Shown piece by piece: positions 7,946 through 17,464 of a DNA stretch of 30,122 nt. Made by a program: the position numbers and the translations under genes. The stretch is from a virus (taxonomy: Duplodnaviria; Caudoviricetes). Position 1 is the first letter of the stretch; the number at the start of each line of letters is the position of its first letter. The notes below the pieces were generated by a model. The model saw only the letters and a program-made list of their open reading frames with translations, ran no database searches and was not told the origin of the DNA. The stretch is taken from IMG/VR virus record IMGVR_UViG_3300031519_000145, positions 1 to 30,122 of that record; one strand, written 5' to 3'.

Positions 7946-8229
7946 AGTTTACTTATAGGCGTAGAACTACTAGCAGACATGTTCCAAACTTGTTTGCGTT
8001 CTACGCCTTTTTTTTGGGCAAATTTCTTACTATCACAGTTCTTACATACGTGAAAGTAGTTATTGCTTAGGCGTTTTGGATCCATACTTCCTCTAGCACG
8101 GGTAAACTCAGTATCACAATTATCACACCTAAATACACAATACGTTTGTTCGCGCTTATAGGTGTGTTCCATGCCGGTTTTGCTTTTACGCACATGCCGG
8201 GTCTGCTTTTTAAATTCTCTTATGAACAT
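7942..8229 (-). CDS. basic C4 zinc-finger protein (95 aa), putative nucleic-acid binder
   Basis: CDNC...CKNC, Lys/Arg-rich. Start reassigned to MFIREF (8229) because minus-strand TAAATA (8240-8235) lies 5 nt upstream and the longer start overlaps iscA. Confidence 0.75.
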   Translation of the reverse strand: MFIREFKKQTRHVRKSKTGMEHTYKREQTYCVFRCDNCDTEFTRARGSMDPKRLSNNYFHVCKNCDSKKFAQKKGVERKQVWNMSASSSTPISKL

Positions 8230-8234
8230 AACTA

Positions 8235-8271
8235 TATTTAACATTAAGATTATAAAATTAAATAATAAATA
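8235..8271. promoter_or_regulatory. divergent late-type promoter pair
   Basis: TAAATA on the minus strand (8240-8235) and on the plus strand (8259-8264, 8266-8271) in an AT-rich gap. Confidence 0.55.
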
Positions 8272-8291
8272 CATACAACAAGGAACAATCA

Positions 8292-8654
8292 ATGAGCATT
8301 TGTACACTAACCGATACAGCAAAGATCCAAATTGACGCAATATGTCAAGAAAATGACAGTTATGCAGTAAGCCTTAACTTAAAAGGTGGCGGATGTGCAG
8401 GCTTTGAATACGATTGGGCAACTGTAGCATCACAAGCTGATATAGAAGCTAATGATGTAGTTATTGATTCTAACACAGGTAAATTTGTAGTTGGAGCAAC
8501 AGCAGTAATGTTCATGATAGGAACAGAAATAGATTATGTTAAAAATATAATGGGTGCAACTTTTGAAGTTAATAACCCTAATGCACAATCAGCATGTGGA
8601 TGCGGCGTTAGTGTAAATTTTGATGTAGATAAATTAGCAATCCCAGCAATATAA
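8292..8654 (+). CDS. iscA: A-type Fe-S cluster carrier (IscA/SufA/HesB family)
   Basis: KGGGCAGFEY, IGTEIDY and NNPNAQSACGCGVS with the three conserved Cys. Confidence 0.92.
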   Translation: MSICTLTDTAKIQIDAICQENDSYAVSLNLKGGGCAGFEYDWATVASQADIEANDVVIDSNTGKFVVGATAVMFMIGTEIDYVKNIMGATFEVNNPNAQSACGCGVSVNFDVDKLAIPAI

Positions 8655-8669
8655 ACGGAGCAAAGACAG

Positions 8670-11600
8670 ATGGCAAAGCAAGAAGTAGATATCGGTACTG
8701 AAGGTAATGACGGCACAGGCGATAGTATACGCGAGTCGTTTCGTAAAGTAAACGAAAACTTTCAAGAACTATATGCAGTATTTGGAGTTGATGGCAATTT
8801 AAGCTTTCTTCAACTAGACGACACACCTAGCGCATTTGAAAGTAATAAATTACTAACATCAAACGCTACCGGTGATGCTATTATATTCTCTAGTATTACT
8901 TCAAGTGACAGCACAGTTGGTATTGATGTTGTTACTACTCCAGGTGTAATTAACTTAACTGTTACAGGTATTGAACTTATCAACGACCGCGGAACTCCTA
9001 CACTAGGTGGTCACCTAAATGCAGCACCCTATGGTATCGGGGGCGTATCAATAACTAATGCAGCAGCAAGTGAGTTGAGCACACGAGAAGGTGTAAGTTA
9101 CACAATTGACGATCTAGTAATTACTAAAGGCTATGCTGATAGACGTTATATTACTGGCGGACTACCGCTACGTGTCGCAACTGAGCCAGCTACGGTTACA
9201 CAGTACACATTATCAATAACTAGCTACAGTGATGGAAATATTGTTATTGGCGGCGGCCATGGTTACGATAGTGGAATAAACGGTACTGCATTTACATTTA
9301 ATGCAGAAGACACTGATCCAACTGGATTAACTACTGGCACAACTTATTATATTAGATATTATTCTACTACCCAACTTGGCATGTTTGCTAATAAAGCTGA
9401 CGCAGCAACTGAAAGTCAGTCAGCTGCTGATACTGCTAAAATTACAGTAAGCGGAAGTATTGCAGCTCTTGATACGCACACTATTGTAGATACCGGGTAT
9501 GATAGCACACTACCAGGTAACTTCTTAAGTGATGTAGCAGTTCCACGAGAGAGTATTGTTAGACGCCAGGGCGACACTATGACCGGCGCATTAACATTAC
9601 ACGATCATCCAGGTGAGCTAGCAGGTCTAGGAACACCTAACGGACAGGGAGACTTACAAGCAGCTTCTAAGTATTATGTTGACAATACTGCATATAGTTC
9701 ACCTGAAGTGTTATTCGTAAGTACTGCTGGTAACGATTTGATGACAGGAGTACCAGCAGGCAAAGAAGGCACAGCTAATACATACGCTTATCGTACAATT
9801 AATGCTGCTGCTAAACGAGCAAGTGAATTGATTGGTACTGCTCCAGAAGAGCCAGGTCCATATTTCCAAACACTTGCATTTGGTGCAACAACAACCACGC
9901 CCGGCACAGCATCAACTACTATTGCATCAGGTGTTGAAGCAGCAGTTAACGTCGATACAAAAAGTATTATTACAAACAATAGAGCATACCTTATCAAAGA
10001 AGTTACAGGGTATCTAGCGTTTACATATCCTGAGTTTGCATATAATGTCGGAACATGCGAAAGAGATTTAGGATTAGTTTTAGACGCAGTTGCATTAGAC
10101 GCAACTCGTGGAGATACTGCTAACTATCTATCAAGAACAGCAGCTGAGAGATACTATTCTAGCGTAAGTGGTAGAATTGCTATTACTTCGCAGTTATCAA
10201 GAACAGACGATTCGTTTGCACAATTGGCAGCGTTAGTTGCAGTGGGATTAACTAACGGATTACTAACGCCAAAAACTGTTACAGCTATTACTAAAAAAGC
10301 AGGAGACATTCCTGCACTAGTTACTACTAGCACTACACACGGATTAGTAAACGGAAACCAAGTTATATTTAAAACTGTTACTGGTATGACAGAAATAAGC
10401 GATAAGATCCTATATGCAAAAGTAATTACAACTGGAACGTTTGAATTATTTACAGACGCGGCATTATTAGTTCCTTACAATAATAGTACATTTACTACAT
10501 TTGTTAATGACGGCGCTGCAAAAATTGGTCTAAGATATCAAAGTAAACTATCACCAGATACTAGTGTTGCAGCATTAACTGATGCTGATAACGGTTACAT
10601 AGCAGCAGCGCAAAACTTTGCATTAATTCGAAATATAATTAGTAACGGCATTAGTTCTGGAGCAGACTTAGTATTTGGTAGAAGATATAAACTTACTATT
10701 ACTAACAGCACAGCAGGACAAATAGACCAAACTAATCCGTCTAATGTTGATGCTCTACCTGGTAAAGTTATAAGAGGTAAACGTACTGGTGCAGTTGCTC
10801 GTATAATTACATATACTCAAGACACTAATAGTACAATATTCTACATGCAACCATTAGAATCAAAAGAGTTTGAAGTAGGCGAAGAGCTTGAAATGGGTAA
10901 CTTTGTTAAAGCTAAACAAATTGTTATTAGAGTTGAATCAGGAATTTACGAAGAAGACTATCCTATTAAACTTACTAAAAACGTATCATTAAAAGGTGAT
11001 GAATTTAGACGCTGTATTATACGTCCAAAGCGCAGAGTATCGCAATCAACATTTGCAAGCACTTATTTCTATAGAGATGCAGAGTTTGATGGAATGACAC
11101 TACTAACCACAGGTACTCCTTTTATTAATCAAACTGGCGTTACACAAGGTTACTTTGGTCGTCATTACTTAACTGATAATACTAAGCCTGAGAGCGTAGG
11201 TGCTACTATTACTAATGTAGGTGGGTACACTGCCGCAGCCAATATTTTAGAACTTAATAGAACTTTTATACAAAAAGAAGTAGGTGAATATGTTGATACT
11301 ACATATCCTTCAATATTTTCATCTAACTCTAGAGCTAAATGTGAGAGAGATGTTGGTCTAATTGTAGACGCAATGGTAAAAGATTTTAAAAACGGTGGTA
11401 AAGAAAATGTATTAGAAGCACAAGGTGAATATTATTCCGGAGCACTAGCTGCAGGCACTGAAGACGAAACAGAAGATGCTATTGATTATATTACTATACT
11501 AACAACAGATTTATTAGCTGGTACAGCACCTTCAACTATTAGAAGTACAATTGCAGTTGACTTAACAGGAGGTGCCGCTGAAACTGAATGGGCAGCAGGG

Positions 11601-14600
11601 ACTTCATACGCCCAAAATGATTTTGTTATAAAGACAATTGGTGAAGATACATTTTATTATAAATCTGTAGTAGCTCACATAGCAGTAACAGCAGACGCAA
11701 ACCAAATTGCAGGCGAAGACTATCTAAAACTAACAAACACAGCGAAATGGCAATTAGTTTCTAGTTCAATATCACTTGCTGGCAATTTAAAAGATGTAGT
11801 AACATTTGCGTTTGACGCAGCTTACAATCCACCAAAGCGTAACGATGCAGATGGTATGGATGTATTCTTAATGGACGATGCTACAATTATTCGTAATGTC
11901 ACTGTACAGGGACACGGCGGCTTTATGTGTGTGCTTGATCCTGTAGGACAAATCCTTACTAAATCTCCGTACATCCAAACTGCTTCAAGTTTCTCAAGAA
12001 GCAGAAACGCACAAGCGTTTAGTGGTGGTATGTATGTCGACGCATTTGCTGGTAACATACCAATGCGAGTACAAGGCAATTCAGGAAACTATACAGATGG
12101 TTCAGGAACAATTGCTCTTAATGCATTTACAATTTATGTAGAATCACAAGATGTAGGCGGACAAGACCAAGGTCTTAAATTAAGACTACCAGAATTACCT
12201 GCTCCGTTCTATTTTGAAGGACAGCGTTATCAAGTTAATGCTATATCAAACTATGATAGCGGACAAGGTCGTGCAGTACTTTACTTAGACCCAGGTAGTA
12301 ACAGCGGAAATGGTTGGAATAATGTAGGCACTGATCTTATAGGTGCAGGCGGGCATGGCATAGAAGATTTTAATCAAGACATCTTCTTACAAACTGCTGG
12401 CAACAGAAGTATACTTGGTAACGACTTTACACAGATTAACGATTTAGGCTACGGACTTGTAACTACTAACGGTGCGTTCTCTGAGATGGTTAGTATGTTT
12501 ACATATTATTGCCACGCAGCTTATTATGCAAACAACGGTTCTGAAATTAGATCATTAAACGGATCTAACGGTTATGGTAACTTTGGCTTAGTTGCTGAAG
12601 GCGCTGATCCAAACGAGATTCCAGATGAAGTTACTACTGCAAGAATGGGTGTACAACCTATTAAGGCATTTACTTATAGTGGATTTACAAACGCATTAGA
12701 TGATACTTCAATAACTGTATATGATTTTAAAGAGGCACCGTTAGCAAACAGCTATGTTTATATTGATCACGGAGGAGCACTAGGGCCACTAAACTATCGT
12801 ATTAGTAGAGTTGAAAATTTAGCAGATCCTAGTAATGCCGGGTTAGTAGGAATAGGGACCGGAGCCGCAATTGTTGTTACTGGTGTAGAAGCTGTTGATA
12901 ATACTGGAATTACTGGTACTGTTCCTACAGGTAGTGCATCGTATAACAATGTTGCTCAAAAGTCTACAACAGGTACAGGAAGTGGTGTTGAATTTAGCAT
13001 TGCAAAAGCAGGTGGAGTAGCAACATTTACTATTACTAATACAGGTAGCGGATATGCTACAACAGATGATATTGTAATTAGTGGCGCAAATATAGGTGGA
13101 ATAAATGGAACTAATGATTTAACTATCCCTGTAGATACAATTTTTCAAGGAACGCCGGGTACATATATTACCGCAGGAACAACTGGCAATATTACGGCAG
13201 CTACAGCAGCAGACCCTGTTGTTATAACAAGTGCTACTCACGGGTTAAGTAACGGTGAACGAGTATTAATTGATAACGTATTAGGTATGGTGGAATTAAA
13301 TGATAACATGTATTATGTTGGAAACATAACAACAGATACATTTACATTATATACTAACTCAGGACAAACTACAGCAGTAAAGGGTTCGGCGTTTACTGCT
13401 TATACTAGCGGCGGCACATTTACAGCCGAAGGTGGTATTGGTAACAACGTATATAGAATGACACTACAAGCAGCTGGATCAAATAATGATTACTTCGGTG
13501 CAGTGCAAGCTACTATCACACATGATACACTAATTGAATACAGACTTGGTGAAAACTTTATATTCAACGGAGTAGCAAATGCTTCTGGTATTACTGCTCG
13601 ACCTAGTACTGCTATTAACTTTGATGAAGCAGATACTATAACTTATCGTAGTACTGGATTTACAGCAAAAGATGATCAAAGCCAAGATTTAGGTAGTGAT
13701 GAAGTTAAAGCAGTCTTTGACGATACTTTTAATTATGTAGAGTTAGCAGTTGATTTTGCAAGTCGAGCTACTGTTGATCCACAAAATGGAGCAAAAACGT
13801 TAGGCGGAACAATTGCTGATACAAAGATTGCAGTTACAAAAATTGACAATGCAATTACAGAAAATAGAATTTTACAAGATGCTACAGATGCATCAGCACA
13901 AACAATATTATTACCAGGTGATGGCGGATACGGTGGTGGCATGGTATTTGCATACCAAGGTAAAACTCTCCAAGTCATTGATTACCAACCTGTAAGCTTT
14001 GGTCTAGTTACTGGCGCTACAAAGACAAGTCCAATTGTTATAACAAGTGCTAGTCACAACAAGGCTAATGGCAACTCTGTTGAGTTCCGAGAAATAGGCG
14101 GGATGACTCAACTAAACGGACAAACTTTATATGTAGGTAATCAAACAACAAATACATATGAATTGTTTACTGACGAAGCACAATCAGTCCCATTAGACGG
14201 TACAGGGTATAGTACATATACTTCAGGTGGTAAATGGGTAGACAGTGACAGTATATGGTATATCCAAACTCAAGACTATCAAACAGATGCAGCAGATTGG
14301 GATATTACCGGAAGTACAGCAAATAACGGTATTAAGACAGCATTTACAGCGATACGCAGTTTATGGCTAGGTGCTCGAACTGGAACAACTGCTGAAATTA
14401 CTATTTCTATATCATTACTACGAGCAACAGGACACGATTTTACACAAATTGGTACTGGTGGATTTAATACATCTAACTATCCAAATGTGTTGCTTGGTAG
14501 TCCAACTCAAGAAAAGGCAGGTGCATACTCAGGTGAAGATAATGCAACAAAAGCACAAGTATGGGAACGCAGAAAAGGACGTTGTTTCTTTATTACTTCA

Positions 14601-17342
14601 GACGAAGATGGATTCTTTAGAGTAGGTAAGTATTTTGTTGTTGATCAATCAACAGGTAGCATAACATTCTCCGGCGAAGTTGGAATATCAAGAGCAGCAT
14701 CATTAGGATTTAAAGATGGTGTTACTATTAGTGAATTCTCAAATGATGAATTATTTACTGACTTATCAGACACTGCGGTACCTACAGAAAAAGCAGTAGC
14801 AAATTACATAAGCAGACGCTTAGGACATAACGGAAGTATCCAGTTAACTGGCTCAAGTAGAATTGCTCCAGGGTTCCTAGCACTGAACGGTTCCACAAAA
14901 ATGGAAGCTGCTATAAACATGAATAGTAAGAAGATTACTAATCTTCTTGATCCTACTAGTGACAACGATGCAGCAACTAAAGATTTTGTAGATCAAGCAG
15001 TAGCAGCATACGATGAGTTAGACGATTTAAGAAACGTAACTATTCATACTAGAACAGGTGCAGACTTACAAAAGCAAATGTTAGTTCCAACAGGTTACAA
15101 GCGTTTAACAGTTGCTCCAACAACTGGTGTAATTGCAGCAGGAGATGTGCTCCAAGATGGATCTAGTACTGCTACTGTTATTGCAGTTGAAACTAAGTTT
15201 GACCAGGTTATAAACAGTAATGTTCAAATTATTACATATAGCTTGTTAACAGGAACAGGATTTAGTACTACACTTACACCAGTATATGTTACTAGTGTAG
15301 GAACAAAAGCAGCTACAGTATTAGAAAATCCAGTAGATGAATTTACAAACGCACTTGAATCATCAACTAGTGACATTAATATTGGTGTAACTAGAACTGC
15401 TAGTGACACACAAGTTAATTTACAAATTGAAGCACAAGCTATCATTGATGCTGATGTTAACGATGATGCTAAAGTAGCTCAAGCAAAATTAATGTTGAAC
15501 AGAGCTACTACAAAAGCAAATAGTAGTACGTTATATGGTACAGACGGAGATTCGACAACAGGACGTCAAGGTCAAGCAAGTAGAGGTCTTGCATCATTTG
15601 AAGATGAAAGTTTTGCAGAAGACATTCAGCTTACTACGGACGACTTTATTAGTGCAGCCGCAGGCGATGTTATTATACAAGGAGCTAGCAGAGGTTATGT
15701 TACAGCATCAGTTGCAGATAGTTTAACTGTTGTAGTTAGAACTACAGATACATTTACAGTAGCAGCAACAGCAGTTCAAAAAGCTGTTGTAACTAACGGA
15801 GTTGAACAAAGTCCAGTAGCATTTGTTGATGGCGGAGCAGGCTCTGTTGCTATTACACAGGTACTAAGAAGTGGATACATCAGTCTAAAAGATAGGAGTA
15901 TACCATACGGAAAATTCCAGAACCTAACAGGTGGTAACACAGGTGATGCGTTTGGTGGTAGTGTAATTGGCCGCGCAACAGACGGAAACGGTATTGCTGA
16001 AGAAGTAAGCTTTAGTACAGTAGTTGCGCAAGGTAACGGTATTCAAGACTCTGATATTGCTGGATTACTACCGTATTGGGCAAATAGCCCAACTAACACT
16101 GTTGTAACTGATCCAGGTGCAATAATAGTTGCTACAGGTACGCCTGGCGCTGGAACATATGCTTTTACTAATATCGAGTATGACAACTCAATTAACTCAA
16201 TTGTTAAAAGAAATATCACTGGCGCTGTTCATGTAAACTCGTTAGTATTAGGCGGTAGTCCAACTTACACTGTTCTTAGTGAATCAGGTGGCACACTGTC
16301 ATTTAAAACACCAGCACAAGGTACTATACTTACTGCAACTGGAGCAACTAAACCAACTATAAACACAGGTGGCGTAATTAGAGTAGGTGACATTGGAGCA
16401 TATAGTGAAAGTGTACATCATGCTGATAGTGATTTTGGAGGAGTTAGCGCAACTAAAGAAACTAGTGCATTAGCTGCTCGTTGGATTTATTCTAGCTTTA
16501 TTGAAGCACCAGATGAAAAGGACGGGACCGGAACTGGTATTGGTATTGGTGCAGGAACTGGCTTCGGATCTGGTGGTGCTGATGTTGTTACTTTTGTTGC
16601 AGGTGGAGCTGTTCGCGCAAGAGTAAATACAGGGGGAATTGACACAGATGCTATTTCAAGTCTTACTGCCAATACTGATCTAACACTAACCGCAGCTGGA
16701 ACAGGCAAAGTTTATGTAAACGATACATTCCAATGGACTGGTACAGCAACAGGTAGTATTAACGGAAACGCTGCTACAGTAACCAATGGAGTTTACACAA
16801 CTGGTGTGCAGTCAATTGCTGGATTAAAAACATTCACTGGTGGAGTAACTATTGAAGCTACTGATACACTTACAGTAAGAACTATAACAACTGGTGCAGC
16901 GGCAACTACAGGTACTATTACAGGTACCTGGAGTTTAGGTGCAAGCTCACGCTTTGAAGCAACTTATGCGGATTTAGCGGAGTACTATGAAGGTGATGTA
17001 GAATATACTGTTGGAACAGTTCTTGTATTTGGTGGTGACAAAGAAGTTACTGGAAGTACAGAACATCGTTCAACAAGAGTAGCTGGCGTAGTAAGTGATC
17101 AGTCAGCTTATACTATGAACCAAGGATGTCCAGGTATTAAGACACTAGTTGCATTACAAGGTAAAGTTCCTGTAAATGTAATAGGGCCAGTTGCTAAAGG
17201 CGATATGTTAGTTGCTAGTGCAATACCTGGTTACGCAGTTGTTGACAACGATCCTAAAGTAGGCAGTGTAATTGGCAAAGCAATTGGCACTAAAGAAAGT
17301 ACAGAACGCGGAACTGTAGATGCAGTTGTAGGTCGAGTATAA
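8670..17342 (+). CDS. giant multidomain virion protein (baseplate/tail appendage, 2890 aa)
   Basis: N-terminal IGTEGNDGTGDSIRESFRKVNENF (T4 gp9/gp10-like baseplate anchor), interrupted beta-helix motifs (YRTINAA, VESGIYEEDYPI, SLKGDEFRR, SPYIQ, GNDFTQ), three 'THGL..G..V....GM.ELN' repeats, two CxRD helical modules, and a C-terminal ADLAEYY...IGKA chaperone-like (peptidase G2-type) domain. Confidence 0.85.
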   Translation: MAKQEVDIGTEGNDGTGDSIRESFRKVNENFQELYAVFGVDGNLSFLQLDDTPSAFESNKLLTSNATGDAIIFSSITSSDSTVGIDVVTTPGVINLTVTGIELINDRGTPTLGGHLNAAPYGIGGVSITNAAASELSTREGVSYTIDDLVITKGYADRRYITGGLPLRVATEPATVTQYTLSITSYSDGNIVIGGGHGYDSGINGTAFTFNAEDTDPTGLTTGTTYYIRYYSTTQLGMFANKADAATESQSAADTAKITVSGSIAALDTHTIVDTGYDSTLPGNFLSDVAVPRESIVRRQGDTMTGALTLHDHPGELAGLGTPNGQGDLQAASKYYVDNTAYSSPEVLFVSTAGNDLMTGVPAGKEGTANTYAYRTINAAAKRASELIGTAPEEPGPYFQTLAFGATTTTPGTASTTIASGVEAAVNVDTKSIITNNRAYLIKEVTGYLAFTYPEFAYNVGTCERDLGLVLDAVALDATRGDTANYLSRTAAERYYSSVSGRIAITSQLSRTDDSFAQLAALVAVGLTNGLLTPKTVTAITKKAGDIPALVTTSTTHGLVNGNQVIFKTVTGMTEISDKILYAKVITTGTFELFTDAALLVPYNNSTFTTFVNDGAAKIGLRYQSKLSPDTSVAALTDADNGYIAAAQNFALIRNIISNGISSGADLVFGRRYKLTITNSTAGQIDQTNPSNVDALPGKVIRGKRTGAVARIITYTQDTNSTIFYMQPLESKEFEVGEELEMGNFVKAKQIVIRVESGIYEEDYPIKLTKNVSLKGDEFRRCIIRPKRRVSQSTFASTYFYRDAEFDGMTLLTTGTPFINQTGVTQGYFGRHYLTDNTKPESVGATITNVGGYTAAANILELNRTFIQKEVGEYVDTTYPSIFSSNSRAKCERDVGLIVDAMVKDFKNGGKENVLEAQGEYYSGALAAGTEDETEDAIDYITILTTDLLAGTAPSTIRSTIAVDLTGGAAETEWAAGTSYAQNDFVIKTIGEDTFYYKSVVAHIAVTADANQIAGEDYLKLTNTAKWQLVSSSISLAGNLKDVVTFAFDAAYNPPKRNDADGMDVFLMDDATIIRNVTVQGHGGFMCVLDPVGQILTKSPYIQTASSFSRSRNAQAFSGGMYVDAFAGNIPMRVQGNSGNYTDGSGTIALNAFTIYVESQDVGGQDQGLKLRLPELPAPFYFEGQRYQVNAISNYDSGQGRAVLYLDPGSNSGNGWNNVGTDLIGAGGHGIEDFNQDIFLQTAGNRSILGNDFTQINDLGYGLVTTNGAFSEMVSMFTYYCHAAYYANNGSEIRSLNGSNGYGNFGLVAEGADPNEIPDEVTTARMGVQPIKAFTYSGFTNALDDTSITVYDFKEAPLANSYVYIDHGGALGPLNYRISRVENLADPSNAGLVGIGTGAAIVVTGVEAVDNTGITGTVPTGSASYNNVAQKSTTGTGSGVEFSIAKAGGVATFTITNTGSGYATTDDIVISGANIGGINGTNDLTIPVDTIFQGTPGTYITAGTTGNITAATAADPVVITSATHGLSNGERVLIDNVLGMVELNDNMYYVGNITTDTFTLYTNSGQTTAVKGSAFTAYTSGGTFTAEGGIGNNVYRMTLQAAGSNNDYFGAVQATITHDTLIEYRLGENFIFNGVANASGITARPSTAINFDEADTITYRSTGFTAKDDQSQDLGSDEVKAVFDDTFNYVELAVDFASRATVDPQNGAKTLGGTIADTKIAVTKIDNAITENRILQDATDASAQTILLPGDGGYGGGMVFAYQGKTLQVIDYQPVSFGLVTGATKTSPIVITSASHNKANGNSVEFREIGGMTQLNGQTLYVGNQTTNTYELFTDEAQSVPLDGTGYSTYTSGGKWVDSDSIWYIQTQDYQTDAADWDITGSTANNGIKTAFTAIRSLWLGARTGTTAEITISISLLRATGHDFTQIGTGGFNTSNYPNVLLGSPTQEKAGAYSGEDNATKAQVWERRKGRCFFITSDEDGFFRVGKYFVVDQSTGSITFSGEVGISRAASLGFKDGVTISEFSNDELFTDLSDTAVPTEKAVANYISRRLGHNGSIQLTGSSRIAPGFLALNGSTKMEAAINMNSKKITNLLDPTSDNDAATKDFVDQAVAAYDELDDLRNVTIHTRTGADLQKQMLVPTGYKRLTVAPTTGVIAAGDVLQDGSSTATVIAVETKFDQVINSNVQIITYSLLTGTGFSTTLTPVYVTSVGTKAATVLENPVDEFTNALESSTSDINIGVTRTASDTQVNLQIEAQAIIDADVNDDAKVAQAKLMLNRATTKANSSTLYGTDGDSTTGRQGQASRGLASFEDESFAEDIQLTTDDFISAAAGDVIIQGASRGYVTASVADSLTVVVRTTDTFTVAATAVQKAVVTNGVEQSPVAFVDGGAGSVAITQVLRSGYISLKDRSIPYGKFQNLTGGNTGDAFGGSVIGRATDGNGIAEEVSFSTVVAQGNGIQDSDIAGLLPYWANSPTNTVVTDPGAIIVATGTPGAGTYAFTNIEYDNSINSIVKRNITGAVHVNSLVLGGSPTYTVLSESGGTLSFKTPAQGTILTATGATKPTINTGGVIRVGDIGAYSESVHHADSDFGGVSATKETSALAARWIYSSFIEAPDEKDGTGTGIGIGAGTGFGSGGADVVTFVAGGAVRARVNTGGIDTDAISSLTANTDLTLTAAGTGKVYVNDTFQWTGTATGSINGNAATVTNGVYTTGVQSIAGLKTFTGGVTIEATDTLTVRTITTGAAATTGTITGTWSLGASSRFEATYADLAEYYEGDVEYTVGTVLVFGGDKEVTGSTEHRSTRVAGVVSDQSAYTMNQGCPGIKTLVALQGKVPVNVIGPVAKGDMLVASAIPGYAVVDNDPKVGSVIGKAIGTKESTERGTVDAVVGRV

Positions 17343-17461
17343 TGACAAAGCCTATTATACAAACAACAAGGGATGGACAGAAAGTAACTGTCCATTCTAG
17401 CAAAGGCGGAGTTCAAGTTATAATAGAACCAAAAGCCGATAAATATAAAAAACGGGATTAA
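17342..17461 (+). CDS. possible 39-aa protein coupled to the giant gene
   Basis: TAATG overlap; MTKPIIQTTRDGQKVTVHSSKGGVQVIIEPKADKYKKRD fills the whole intergenic gap. Confidence 0.4.
   Translation: MTKPIIQTTRDGQKVTVHSSKGGVQVIIEPKADKYKKRD
17438..17445 (+). promoter_or_regulatory. late-type promoter motif GATAAATA
   Basis: Upstream of the 908-aa fibre gene. Confidence 0.55.
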
Positions 17462-17464
17462 AAG

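Noticed and set aside
8230-8340. Longer start (132 aa) for the minus-strand zinc-finger ORF
   Set aside because: The extension is low-complexity AT-rich intergenic sequence, overlaps iscA and crosses the divergent promoters. ATG 8229 fits the TAAATA spacing.
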